In this document: one piece after another, positions 24,027-32,933 of the stretch | Layout of the letters: each line of letters opens with the position of its first letter | Position numbering within the stretch: position 1 is the first letter of the stretch | Source of the DNA: Candidatus Nomurabacteria bacterium | Lineage (GTDB): Bacteria > Patescibacteriota > Saccharimonadia > Saccharimonadales > Saccharimonadaceae | Length of the DNA: 64,000 bases | Direction of reading: 5' to 3' | Assembly (NCBI GenBank): GCA_031255735.1 | Contig: JAIRRY010000026.1 | Span: 13,524 to 77,523 of the forward strand | The notes under the pieces: model-generated | Seen by the model: only the letters and a program-made list of their open reading frames with translations | Told to the model about the DNA's origin: nothing | Database searches by the model: none | Position numbers and translations under genes: made by a program

Positions 24027-26454
24027 GTTTGGCAATGTCTTTGGCGCTCAAAGCCCTGCTGACATCTTCTTCCGTAATGGTTATTGTACTACCACCCGCC
24101 GCCTCGCCCGACAACACTTTTTTAGCCACTTGGTTCTCTACCACGCGTTGCACCACGCGGCGCATCGGGCGAGCGCCCAAGCGTGGGTCGTAACCCGCTT
24201 CAACCAATAGTTCCTTCGCGCCTGCGTCTACCACAACTTTAATTTTCTGGTGCGCCAAAGTTTTATTCACGCCTGCCACGATAAGATCAGCAACTTGTAA
24301 TAATTCTTCTTTGCCTAGCGGCTTAAACAGTACGATTTCGTCGAAACGGTTGAGAAATTCGGGACGGAATTGCATAGAGTCTATCAGCTCGTTTATAAAT
24401 TCGTCTTCGAACTTGTCGATGTCTAGCCCGCGATTAATATATTCGCGAATTCTGTCTGCCCCTGCGTTGCTAGTAGCAATCACGATGCAGTCTTTAAAGT
24501 TAACCTCGCGGTTTTTTGCATCGCGCAAAACGCCTTCGTCAAGCACTTGCAAAAGCGCAGTAAGCACATTGGGGTGAGCCTTTTCAATTTCATCCAACAA
24601 GACCACGCTGAACGGATGCTTCATCACCTGCGCCGTTAAGCTGGTTGGATTATCAGCGCCATCGGCTGTTAAATTGGCTACGTCTTCATTCGTAACATAC
24701 TGGTTAAGATCGACTCGCACTAAGTTTTCTTCGCCATTAAAATAAACCGCCGCCAGCGACTTGGCCAGCTCGGTTTTACCCACGCCAGTTGGCCCTAGGA
24801 ATAAGAATGTACCGATAGGCTTGTCTTGGTTGCGAACACCCGTACGAGCGCGGCGCAAAGCGTCACTCACCACTTCAACGGCGTGCACCTGGTTTATCAT
24901 GCGCTTATGGATTAGGTCTTCGAGATTTAGCAACTTTTCTCTTTCGTCGTCTGCCTTGGCCACACCAACTTTCACACCCATGGTGCTTTCAATGGCTTTT
25001 TCAATCGAAACAGCTGTAACAAAACCTTCTTCGGCGTGAGTGGCCGCCATTTCCAACAGCTTAATAGCCCGGCCAGGCATTACTAGGTCGTAAACATAAC
25101 GATCAGCTAGACGATAAGCTTCTTTCAATGCCTGATACATATAAGTTACACCGTATTGGCGTTCAAACAGTAGTACAGAATCTTCCATAGCAGCCATCGT
25201 TTCTACCCTGTCGGACTGTTGAATATTAATGCGGTTCATAGCGTGCACAATGCCTGGGTTTTGCTGCCCAATTTGTAGCAGGCGCTGCTCATCGAGCGTC
25301 AGCACCATGCGCACCTGCCCTGCCTCTAAAATAGGCAGAAGCAGGTTGGTTAAATTAACTGCGCCAATGCCATCTTCAAAAAATAGATGCGCGTTGTCTA
25401 AACACAAAATAACGTTTTTTGCGCTATAAGCTTCAACTAAAACTCGGTTCACTAGGGATTCCACTTCACCACGACCAGGCGCTACCGCGATAATCGACGA
25501 TGCGTCTAGCAAGAAAACTTGACGATATTTTAGATTACCTGGGATATGGCTTGTACCATCTATAATCCTCTCTGCAAAAGCCTGTACCACCGTAGTTTTA
25601 CCAACACCAGCGTTGCCCACCAAAGCCACATTTTGCCGCCCGCCGCTGCTAAAAGCTTCCACCATTTGATCAACCACACGCTCGTGTGTTGGTATGTCGG
25701 CCGTCATGCGGCGACCATAACCAATCGAGTATGATAAATTACGCCCCATGCGATTGAGCAGCGGCGTAAAACCAAAAGACCAGTCGCGCGCTATGCCGCC
25801 CGTACGTATCGGGTTTTTCGCGCCAGTTGCCAAAATATAGATGTGATCAAACCACTTCACACCATCCATCATGTCGTCCATATCAAGCTGCAGATGCGCC
25901 AGAAGCTCCTTGTGTTGTGGCAAAGTTTGCAAAATGGCTAAAGCCAGCACGCCACCAGATATAACTTGCACCCCTAACTTATCACGCACCTTAATAGCGT
26001 TTTGCCAGACTTCGTCGGTGTGCTCGTGCGAATCGGCAGCGATTTCTTGCAAAAAACGCGTGCCCATGCCAAAGCGCCGAGCCAAAAACCGCCCAGACGA
26101 CACCCGCCCCACAGCGAGCGCAATATCTTTCGGTGCGGGATTACGTGGCAGAAAACCCAACACACTACTGCTTATAAGCTCATCAATATGTGTAGAGTCT
26201 GGATGCGCCACATCCAGCCGATACAACTCGCGGTGATACCATACCAAAATGACAACTGGTGCAGCCGCCAGCCCAATCGCCAGCCAACCCAGCGATAAGC
26301 CAATATATAGAAGCAGCAACCCAGCTAGCAGCAAGGCTATCGTGGTGAGAATTAACAAAATACGCGCAAGCTTATCAATGCGCGCCGCAAAACGCGCCTT
26401 AACGGCTCTGGCGCTATGATAGTGAAATTCTAAAACGGCCACTTCGGCACCCAC
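24007..26454 (-). CDS. membrane-anchored ClpA/B/C-type double-ring AAA+ ATPase
   Basis: 815 aa. Two N-terminal TM helices are followed by D1 Walker A GNAGVGKTT with Walker B ILCLDNAH (Glu replaced by Asn). D2 has Walker A GPTGVGKTE, Walker B VVLLDEIEKAH and the small-domain motif GARPMRRVVQ. Confidence 0.85.
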   Translation of the reverse strand: MGAEVAVLEFHYHSARAVKARFAARIDKLARILLILTTIALLLAGLLLLYIGLSLGWLAIGLAAAPVVILVWYHRELYRLDVAHPDSTHIDELISSSVLGFLPRNPAPKDIALAVGRVSSGRFLARRFGMGTRFLQEIAADSHEHTDEVWQNAIKVRDKLGVQVISGGVLALAILQTLPQHKELLAHLQLDMDDMMDGVKWFDHIYILATGAKNPIRTGGIARDWSFGFTPLLNRMGRNLSYSIGYGRRMTADIPTHERVVDQMVEAFSSGGRQNVALVGNAGVGKTTVVQAFAERIIDGTSHIPGNLKYRQVFLLDASSIIAVAPGRGEVESLVNRVLVEAYSAKNVILCLDNAHLFFEDGIGAVNLTNLLLPILEAGQVRMVLTLDEQRLLQIGQQNPGIVHAMNRINIQQSDRVETMAAMEDSVLLFERQYGVTYMYQALKEAYRLADRYVYDLVMPGRAIKLLEMAATHAEEGFVTAVSIEKAIESTMGVKVGVAKADDEREKLLNLEDLIHKRMINQVHAVEVVSDALRRARTGVRNQDKPIGTFLFLGPTGVGKTELAKSLAAVYFNGEENLVRVDLNQYVTNEDVANLTADGADNPTSLTAQVMKHPFSVVLLDEIEKAHPNVLTALLQVLDEGVLRDAKNREVNFKDCIVIATSNAGADRIREYINRGLDIDKFEDEFINELIDSMQFRPEFLNRFDEIVLFKPLGKEELLQVADLIVAGVNKTLAHQKIKVVVDAGAKELLVEAGYDPRLGARPMRRVVQRVVENQVAKKVLSGEAAGGSTITITEEDVSRALSAKDIAKLSENKQ

Positions 26455-26849
26455 CCTATAATAAACATGATAATACCCAACACTGGCAGCAACGGTAGTA
26501 ACAGATACCCCACCGTAGTAAGCAAGCTACCCACGAATTGAGCCACCAGCACCACGATGCCAACTAGCAGCACTAAAGTGCGCATGAAAGCTCCGATAAT
26601 GCGCGACAACAGCTTATCGAAGAACATCTTAATCTGAATGTCTAGCGGCGCTTGCACGGCAGTAGTGGCGTCAATCTGGCGAAACGGTGCAAACAAGGTT
26701 TTTAACAACAGCCCAATCGAGAAAAAGTCCATGCTAGCGCCCATGGTGCGCATTAAATAAATAGCCTCTTTCTTCAAACCATCTGTATACCACCAAGAAA
26801 ACAAGCTCATTAAAAGCATATACTTATTGTAGCGCATTTTATCGGCCAA
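26430..26849 (-). CDS. small membrane protein (hypothetical), overlaps the Clp-like gene start
   Basis: 139 aa with about 3-4 hydrophobic segments. A 25-nt overlap with the downstream Clp-like ORF suggests co-translation. Confidence 0.5.
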   Translation of the reverse strand: MADKMRYNKYMLLMSLFSWWYTDGLKKEAIYLMRTMGASMDFFSIGLLLKTLFAPFRQIDATTAVQAPLDIQIKMFFDKLLSRIIGAFMRTLVLLVGIVVLVAQFVGSLLTTVGYLLLPLLPVLGIIMFIIGWVPKWPF

Positions 26850-26874
26850 GTCACTTTTGCGCTATACTAGAAGC

Positions 26875-28119
26875 ATGACAAGGAAATCTTCGATTGCGAT
26901 CGGTAAATTCGTCCGCAAAGTGGCTAGGCTACGCGGCGGCGGCTCAGCTCTGCCCGGCCTAGTTATCGAGAAGATCGACCGCAGTTTCGTGCGCGACTGC
27001 CTAGGCCAATTACCAAAAGGCGTCGTAGTGATTAGCGGCACTAACGGCAAAACCACTACTACAAAAATCGTTACCGAGCTACTAGAAAGCCAAGGGCTTA
27101 AGGTTTTTACCAACAATACTGGCAGTAATTTTATGCGTGGCGTGGTTGCTGCTTTGTTAGAAAACATCAACTTACGCGGTGAGCTTAAAGCCGACATAGC
27201 TGTGCTTGAGCTCGACGAAGCCCATGCCGTAAAATTCGTACAGGCCGTGCAACCCAAGTACTCACTACTACTCAACGTAATGCGCGACCAGCTAGATCGT
27301 TTTGGTGAAATTGACCACACAGCTCAGCTGCTCAGCAAAGTTGCCGACGCCACAACTGAAACGGTGGTTATTAACCGCGAAGACAAGCGCCTGGCTGGCC
27401 TAAGCACCGCGGCACGCCAAGTTTACTTCGGGCTAGGCAAAGAGTTAATTAGCGAATTTCCCGAAGACGACGAACTACTGAGCCGCAGTACTAAAAAGCA
27501 GCCTTCAAGCCTAAGTGCAGACGTAGTATTGTCGTCGATAGACGATAACGTAGCTGAATTTTTGGTTGATGGCAAAAGATATAGCACGCCACTCGCACTG
27601 AAGGGCAGCTATAATATTTTTAATTCGGCAGCCGCACTGGCGCTCGTTAGGCAGGTGCTGCCAAGTGCTATGGTTCAGGCGTTGGTTGACGGACTGGCTA
27701 GCATAGAATCAGCTTTTGGGCGCGGCGAATCGCTCACCGTTAACGGCCAACTGCTCGAATTATTCCTAGTTAAAAACCCTAGCGGCTTCCAGCTGGCGCT
27801 CAACTCGTTCGCGGCTGGCGAGCACGACACCATGATAGCCATCAACGACAATTACGCCGACGGTCGCGATATGAGCTGGCTATGGAATGTTAGCTTTATA
27901 GGCCTAAAATCAGTTCAGATGGTAAGCGGCGTGCGTGCCGCCGACATGGCCCTAAGACTCAAATACGACTGTGTGGAACTTGTTAAAGTTATAGAGCCAA
28001 ACTTATCTGTTGCAACCCATGATTTTTGTACAAATTCTACGCGTCCGAAACGCATTTTTGCCACCTACACCGCCATGCTGGAAATACGCAAAATCCTGAA
28101 AGGCCGCAAGATACTATGA
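26875..28119 (+). CDS. murT: lipid II isoglutaminyl synthase subunit MurT (Mur ligase family)
   Basis: P-loop ISGTNGKTTTTKIV, and C-terminal DUF1727-like DGRDMSWLWNVSF. The ATGA overlap with gatD is typical. The ORF track starts at a TTG at 26857. I prefer the ATG at 26875. Confidence 0.8.
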   Translation: MTRKSSIAIGKFVRKVARLRGGGSALPGLVIEKIDRSFVRDCLGQLPKGVVVISGTNGKTTTTKIVTELLESQGLKVFTNNTGSNFMRGVVAALLENINLRGELKADIAVLELDEAHAVKFVQAVQPKYSLLLNVMRDQLDRFGEIDHTAQLLSKVADATTETVVINREDKRLAGLSTAARQVYFGLGKELISEFPEDDELLSRSTKKQPSSLSADVVLSSIDDNVAEFLVDGKRYSTPLALKGSYNIFNSAAALALVRQVLPSAMVQALVDGLASIESAFGRGESLTVNGQLLELFLVKNPSGFQLALNSFAAGEHDTMIAINDNYADGRDMSWLWNVSFIGLKSVQMVSGVRAADMALRLKYDCVELVKVIEPNLSVATHDFCTNSTRPKRIFATYTAMLEIRKILKGRKIL

Positions 28120-28832
28120 AAGAACTAACCATCCTACACCTATACCCCCACGAAATGAACTTGTACGGCGACCACGGCAACGTGTTAACTCTTAAGCGGC
28201 GCTGTGAGTGGCGCGGCATTAAAGCAAATATCGTGGCTTATGAACCTGGCGACAAGCTCCCAAAAAATATCGACATCATATTCGGCGGCGGCGGCCAAGA
28301 CTCTGGCCAAAGCGTCATTCAAGATAGTTTGCACCAACTAGCGCCTACACTAAAAAGTCTGGTTAGCGCTGGCACACCCGCCTTGGTCATCTGCGGGCTT
28401 TACCAATTGTTCGGCAAGTTCTTCAAAACTTTTGACGGTGAAACTATTCCTGGCATCGGCATATTAAACGTAGAAACTATTGGCGGTGCTGAGCGGCTAA
28501 TCGGCAACATCGTGTGCGAAAGCGAAGAATTCGGCGAAATTGTAGGCTACGAGAACCATAGCGGGCAAACTTTCCTGAGTAAAGGCGTTCAGCCCTTAGC
28601 GCGCGTAGTGCGTGGTGCAGGCAATAATGGCCAAGATGGTTTTGAAGGCGCTAGACTGAACAACCTGATTGGGTCATACTTGCACGGGCCAATCCTGCCT
28701 AAAAACCCGCGGCTGGCCGACTTTTTGATTAGTAAAGCTTTGGAAAATAAATATGGTGATGGCGCACTTGAGCCGCTTAGCGACGCAGCCGAAAATCTAG
28801 CACACCAATCTTCAGCCAGTAGGCCAAGATAA
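28116..28832 (+). CDS. gatD: glutamine amidotransferase GatD (CobQ/CobB type), partner of MurT
   Basis: MKELTILHLYPHEMNLYGDHGNVLTLKRR, catalytic Cys context LVICGLYQLFG, and His context YLHGPILPKNP. The start is chosen at the ATG overlapping the murT stop. Confidence 0.8.
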   Translation: MKELTILHLYPHEMNLYGDHGNVLTLKRRCEWRGIKANIVAYEPGDKLPKNIDIIFGGGGQDSGQSVIQDSLHQLAPTLKSLVSAGTPALVICGLYQLFGKFFKTFDGETIPGIGILNVETIGGAERLIGNIVCESEEFGEIVGYENHSGQTFLSKGVQPLARVVRGAGNNGQDGFEGARLNNLIGSYLHGPILPKNPRLADFLISKALENKYGDGALEPLSDAAENLAHQSSASRPR

Positions 28833-28854
28833 TCTGCGCGCCTTGGCGCAACTT

Positions 28855-29874
28855 CTAAGCTTCTTCTAAGGGGTCAAAAAACACCGATATAATGGCACAC
28901 ACAATGCCGCCAATTGGGAAAACCGGCCACATCCAACCCCATGTAGCGAAAAATAGGCCGCTGCCGACATAAACCGCCGTTGCGGTCAACATAGTGATCG
29001 CGCACAACTTACCAACTAGGTCAGTTTTTCTTTTTTGTTCACCAGTTAATTTCGCTAGCTTCTCGGCTACTTCCGCCTCAGCGATGCTGCTTTTTTGTAT
29101 GCCACCGTATATAAACAGGTAAATAGCCAGACTCAACACGATGAATAGCCCCATAACAGGCAGCGTTGAATACATCGGCACCATTTTCAGACCGTAAGCC
29201 ATGATCAGGCTCACAATGCCGACAAGCACCAAGCAAACGCCGACTGCAATTTGCAGTGGGAAGTCGCGGTTAATTTTGGTTTTAAGCTCTGCTGGCACTA
29301 ATCGGTCTTCCTGGTTCGTACCTTTTCTGATGGTTCCGTATTGAATACCCAATATTATATAGAATGGTACTGCCAAGATTACCGACACGAATAACACCGC
29401 TGTACCCATCAGCACGGCAGTATCGTCGTACTCGGCTTTGGCTAACTTACTAGTTGTGCACTCGCCTATTTCTTTCTGGCCACTGTGTTCTGCTTCGCAC
29501 TGCGCAACTATCTCATACTTAGTTTTGATCAGCGGTGATTCGTTAATGCAGAACATCATGCTAGCCAGGCCTAATAAAATGATGCTGGTTGCAAAAGCTA
29601 TGCCGCGCGCAAAAGTTTTTCTGAATCTATGATACTCTCGCTGCTTTGGCGACTCATCAGTTCGGCCTGTCTTAATATCAATATTTACATTAGTTAGTTC
29701 ATTTACACTAACACCAAAAATCTTAGCTAGCTCTATCAAGTTCGCCATTTTGGGAATATCGATGTCGTTCTCCCAGCGTGCTATTGAGCTACGCGTTACG
29801 CCCATCTTTTCGGCCAGTTGCTCTTGAGTTAACCCAAGCCTTGTGCGCAACCTACCAATATTTTTTCCAAGCAT
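28855..29874 (-). CDS. XRE-family HTH regulator fused to a multi-TM membrane domain
   Basis: N-terminal HTH_3 (LGLTQEQLAEKMGVTRSSIARWENDIDIPKMANLIELAKIFGVSVNEL) followed by about 6 hydrophobic helices. Confidence 0.8.
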   Translation of the reverse strand: MLGKNIGRLRTRLGLTQEQLAEKMGVTRSSIARWENDIDIPKMANLIELAKIFGVSVNELTNVNIDIKTGRTDESPKQREYHRFRKTFARGIAFATSIILLGLASMMFCINESPLIKTKYEIVAQCEAEHSGQKEIGECTTSKLAKAEYDDTAVLMGTAVLFVSVILAVPFYIILGIQYGTIRKGTNQEDRLVPAELKTKINRDFPLQIAVGVCLVLVGIVSLIMAYGLKMVPMYSTLPVMGLFIVLSLAIYLFIYGGIQKSSIAEAEVAEKLAKLTGEQKRKTDLVGKLCAITMLTATAVYVGSGLFFATWGWMWPVFPIGGIVCAIISVFFDPLEEA

Positions 29875-29988
29875 CTTTTTCTCCTTGCTGATTAGTTATC
29901 GCTCAGTTCCTTATGTAAGAACCTTACAACTATATTATGCCCTATGCAAACCATTATACATATAGCATCACAAACCAACTCGCTACAT

Positions 29989-30041
29989 ATGTATCGTTTC
30001 GCGAACATTTTAAGATAAGCTGATGTATCGTTTCGCGAACA
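29989..30041. promoter_or_regulatory. two identical 19-bp direct repeats (candidate operator) upstream of the XRE regulator
   Basis: ATGTATCGTTTCGCGAACA occurs at 29989-30007 and 30023-30041. Each copy contains the palindrome TTCGCGAA. The centre-to-centre distance is 34 bp. Confidence 0.55.
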
Positions 30042-30050
30042 GCTGTAGTT

Positions 30051-30530
30051 TTATAATGCCCTATTCATTAAGTTATGTGTGATAGCAGTGGCCAGAGCGT
30101 CGGCTGCATCGTCTGGCTTCGGGATAGCCTTTAAGCCCAGGTGTAACTTCACCATTTCTTGAACCTGCTTCTTATCGGCGCGGCCATAGCCCGTTAACGT
30201 TTGTTTAATCTGCAAAGGTGTATATTCAAAAATTGGCAACTCGGCTTGTGCCGCTACCAACATAGCCACTCCGCGAGCGTGTGACACACTGATGGCTGTA
30301 GTGATATTCTGCGCAAAAAATAGTTTTTCAATCGACACTATATCGGGTGAGGTTTCCGCGATAACCTCTTTTAACCCATCATATATTTCTACTAGCCTTT
30401 CATGTAGAGGAGTGTGGGCTGGCGTGCGCACCACTCCAGCTGTCACAATTTTAGCTTTCTTACCTTCTGTAAACTCTACCACGCCAAAGCCTAAAATGCC
30501 CGTGCCTGGGTCTATACCAAGCACTTTCAT
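30051..30530 (-). CDS. ruvC: crossover junction endodeoxyribonuclease RuvC
   Basis: 159 aa, N-terminal MKVLGIDPGTGILGFGVVE, C-terminal acidic residues (DDAADALATAITH). Confidence 0.9.
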   Translation of the reverse strand: MKVLGIDPGTGILGFGVVEFTEGKKAKIVTAGVVRTPAHTPLHERLVEIYDGLKEVIAETSPDIVSIEKLFFAQNITTAISVSHARGVAMLVAAQAELPIFEYTPLQIKQTLTGYGRADKKQVQEMVKLHLGLKAIPKPDDAADALATAITHNLMNRAL

Positions 30531-31183
30531 CTACGCGCCTTTCTGAGTAGCTCCACACGGCGGCCGCACACCAACAAGCTATCGCCGTCGCGGAGTTTAA
30601 TAACCTTCTTGCCGGCTTTTGTAATTTCACGAACAGCTTGCTTGGCGTACGGGCCGAACCAATCCGTGCCATAGTGCGGCACAATGTATTCGCGGATGAT
30701 GCCTAGGCCGTCCATGATAGGCCAAGTATCGTAGCTCTTAGGTGTTTCGGTCGGGTCGTCATCGGGATTAATATAATACTGTAAATCTTTGCACATAATT
30801 ACCGCCCCCGCCGAACCGCCGCCATAAACGTACTTATCAGCTTTTAGGTCAGCCTCTAAAATACCGTCGAAGCCGCTTTGCTTAAAAGCGCGGCGCAGGA
30901 TAAATGTATTGCCTCCTGCTGCGTAAATTAAACTTGGATTAGCCGTTTTGATAAACTTTTTTAGTTTACCCTTACGGTCGAAGAACTTGCGAAGGTCTAG
31001 TTCGTGATATTTAAAACCAGCTTTAACCCAGCGCACACGGCTTTTTAGGCTCTTCCAAGTGCGTACTAAACTGTTTTTGCGATCACTGGCATTTAAAATA
31101 ACCAGTACATTTTTATTATCGCCAACTAGTTGGTGTAGCTCACTCAAGTGCCCACCCCACATCGATTCTAGAAACAATCTCAT
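30527..31183 (-). CDS. peptidase S51 (dipeptidase E-like)
   Basis: AAGGNTFILRRAF and GGGSAGAVIM (nucleophile Ser context). It overlaps ruvC by 4 nt. Confidence 0.7.
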   Translation of the reverse strand: MRLFLESMWGGHLSELHQLVGDNKNVLVILNASDRKNSLVRTWKSLKSRVRWVKAGFKYHELDLRKFFDRKGKLKKFIKTANPSLIYAAGGNTFILRRAFKQSGFDGILEADLKADKYVYGGGSAGAVIMCKDLQYYINPDDDPTETPKSYDTWPIMDGLGIIREYIVPHYGTDWFGPYAKQAVREITKAGKKVIKLRDGDSLLVCGRRVELLRKARR

Positions 31184-31205
31184 GGCTATATTATATTACT
31201 TATGG

Positions 31206-32798
31206 CTACTTCTTACCAGTGATGTGCAATATCTTTTTAGTTATGCCAACTATCTCGTGATGAAATTCAAAACCCACGTAACCTAGCCCTGCTAGCACTA
31301 CGCCGCCAAAAGCTAGCCAGCCCACAAAACTGGCTGGGTTGCTCTGCTGGCTTGATTTAACACCGTAGCCTGCGCCGTCGTTCACCCTGATTTTACGGCA
31401 ACGATTAGTTTCGGGGTTACGCTCGTAGCCAGCTTGACACGGCTTAAGCTCCGAACTTTCGGCAGCAATTTTCTTGCACCTGTTAGTTTCAGGATTACGA
31501 TAATAACCATCAGCACACGGCGAATAGGCGGCCGCTAAACTCGCTAAGCTTTTACAGCGGTTAGTTTCCGGGTTGCGATACTTACCTTCGCCGCATTCTG
31601 CCAGCACAGTCGCAGATTCAACCACTACTTTGCGACAATAACCAGTTTCGGCGCGATACCAACCTGCAGCGCATGGCTTGTACTGCTCGTATTCGTTATC
31701 TACGCCTGGCGTTGGCTTAAAAGTTTGCCGCCAATCGCTACCACCAAACCAGGCCCACGACGTGTCGACCGCTAGATCTTTGTAAGTTTGTGCGTCGCGC
31801 AGGTTGCCGTTGGCGCCATAAATATACACCGTACTTGATGTGGTTTTATGCCAACTCAGCCCAAGGTCGGCGGCGTAGAAATGAATAATTTCGCCGCTGC
31901 TTAGCACTATATCGTCAAACACATATTCGCTGTTATTGTCGCTGGTTGCCAACTTGCAACCAGTAATATCCAGCTCACTCTCAGTCGTGTTGATAACTTC
32001 AATAAATTTTTCGCTTAAGTTAGCGCCAATCTCGTTTATTCTCAGCCCGATACATTGGTTGTAATCGTCGTCGCTCGGACACTTTATGCCTAGCCCTGGA
32101 GTGGTATATTCGTAATTTTTAAAGTCATTAGTGTTGCTACCCGTATTGGTAATAGCGCCGGGCACAGTTTCGCAGCGCTGCACCGACTTACCTTTCAAGC
32201 TAGCGGCGCTAAGTGGCGCGTTAACCTGGGTAGATATTGAACCATAACCCAAGGCGTCGACCGTTTCACCGCTATCGTCTACTATCCTGATATACCCTTG
32301 GGTAGCATTAGTTTGAATAACGTTAATTTGGAAGTCATCATCTTCAGCGCCGCCAAAAACTACATATTCGTGCGGGGCAAATTTTAGGTTTAAACTAGCC
32401 ATTAACCGCTCGGCGCCAAAGCCTTTGTCGTTCGACACCACATATTGCAACTGCCAGTTTTCTACTTCTAGGTAATCGTCTGAATTGTTGTAAACTTCAA
32501 CAAAATAACCTGGTTCTACGCCATCTCTACCCGAAAGTTGAAACTCGCTAATAAGCAGTCGGTTCAGATTTTCTACGTCTAGCTCATGGTCGCCAGTTTC
32601 TACCTCAAGCTCTTCAACTTCTAACGTATCGCTTTCGAGCTCTGGACTAGTTAACTCAAAGCCTGAAGCTTCTAAAGATTCTGCACCTTCAATAGCCACT
32701 TCTGGCTCAACTATCGATTCATCAATTGCCTGCACCGGCAAGCCGGCCAACAGAACCGTGAAACCCAACAACACTAGGCCAACGCGCACCCTGCACAT
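31206..32798 (-). CDS. secreted protein with two lamin-tail-like domains, four Cys-rich YRNPETNRC repeats and a C-terminal TM anchor
   Basis: Signal peptide present. LISEFQLSGRD...FVEVYNNSD and LRINEIGANLSEKFIEVINTTE resemble LTD starts. The repeats are C-x3-G-(Y/W)YR-x-PETN(R/Y)C(K/R)K. Confidence 0.65.
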   Translation of the reverse strand: MCRVRVGLVLLGFTVLLAGLPVQAIDESIVEPEVAIEGAESLEASGFELTSPELESDTLEVEELEVETGDHELDVENLNRLLISEFQLSGRDGVEPGYFVEVYNNSDDYLEVENWQLQYVVSNDKGFGAERLMASLNLKFAPHEYVVFGGAEDDDFQINVIQTNATQGYIRIVDDSGETVDALGYGSISTQVNAPLSAASLKGKSVQRCETVPGAITNTGSNTNDFKNYEYTTPGLGIKCPSDDDYNQCIGLRINEIGANLSEKFIEVINTTESELDITGCKLATSDNNSEYVFDDIVLSSGEIIHFYAADLGLSWHKTTSSTVYIYGANGNLRDAQTYKDLAVDTSWAWFGGSDWRQTFKPTPGVDNEYEQYKPCAAGWYRAETGYCRKVVVESATVLAECGEGKYRNPETNRCKSLASLAAAYSPCADGYYRNPETNRCKKIAAESSELKPCQAGYERNPETNRCRKIRVNDGAGYGVKSSQQSNPASFVGWLAFGGVVLAGLGYVGFEFHHEIVGITKKILHITGKK

Positions 32799-32933
32799 AA
32801 CCAGCCTCCTAATTTAAACTAACTCAATTTTATCGTAAAAGTTAATTAAAACACAAGCACTTTTTGGTAACTATTTAGTAGCTGCTTGAAGTTATGCCTA
32901 CGTGGTACCAACATATCATATGGGGTTGCTACT

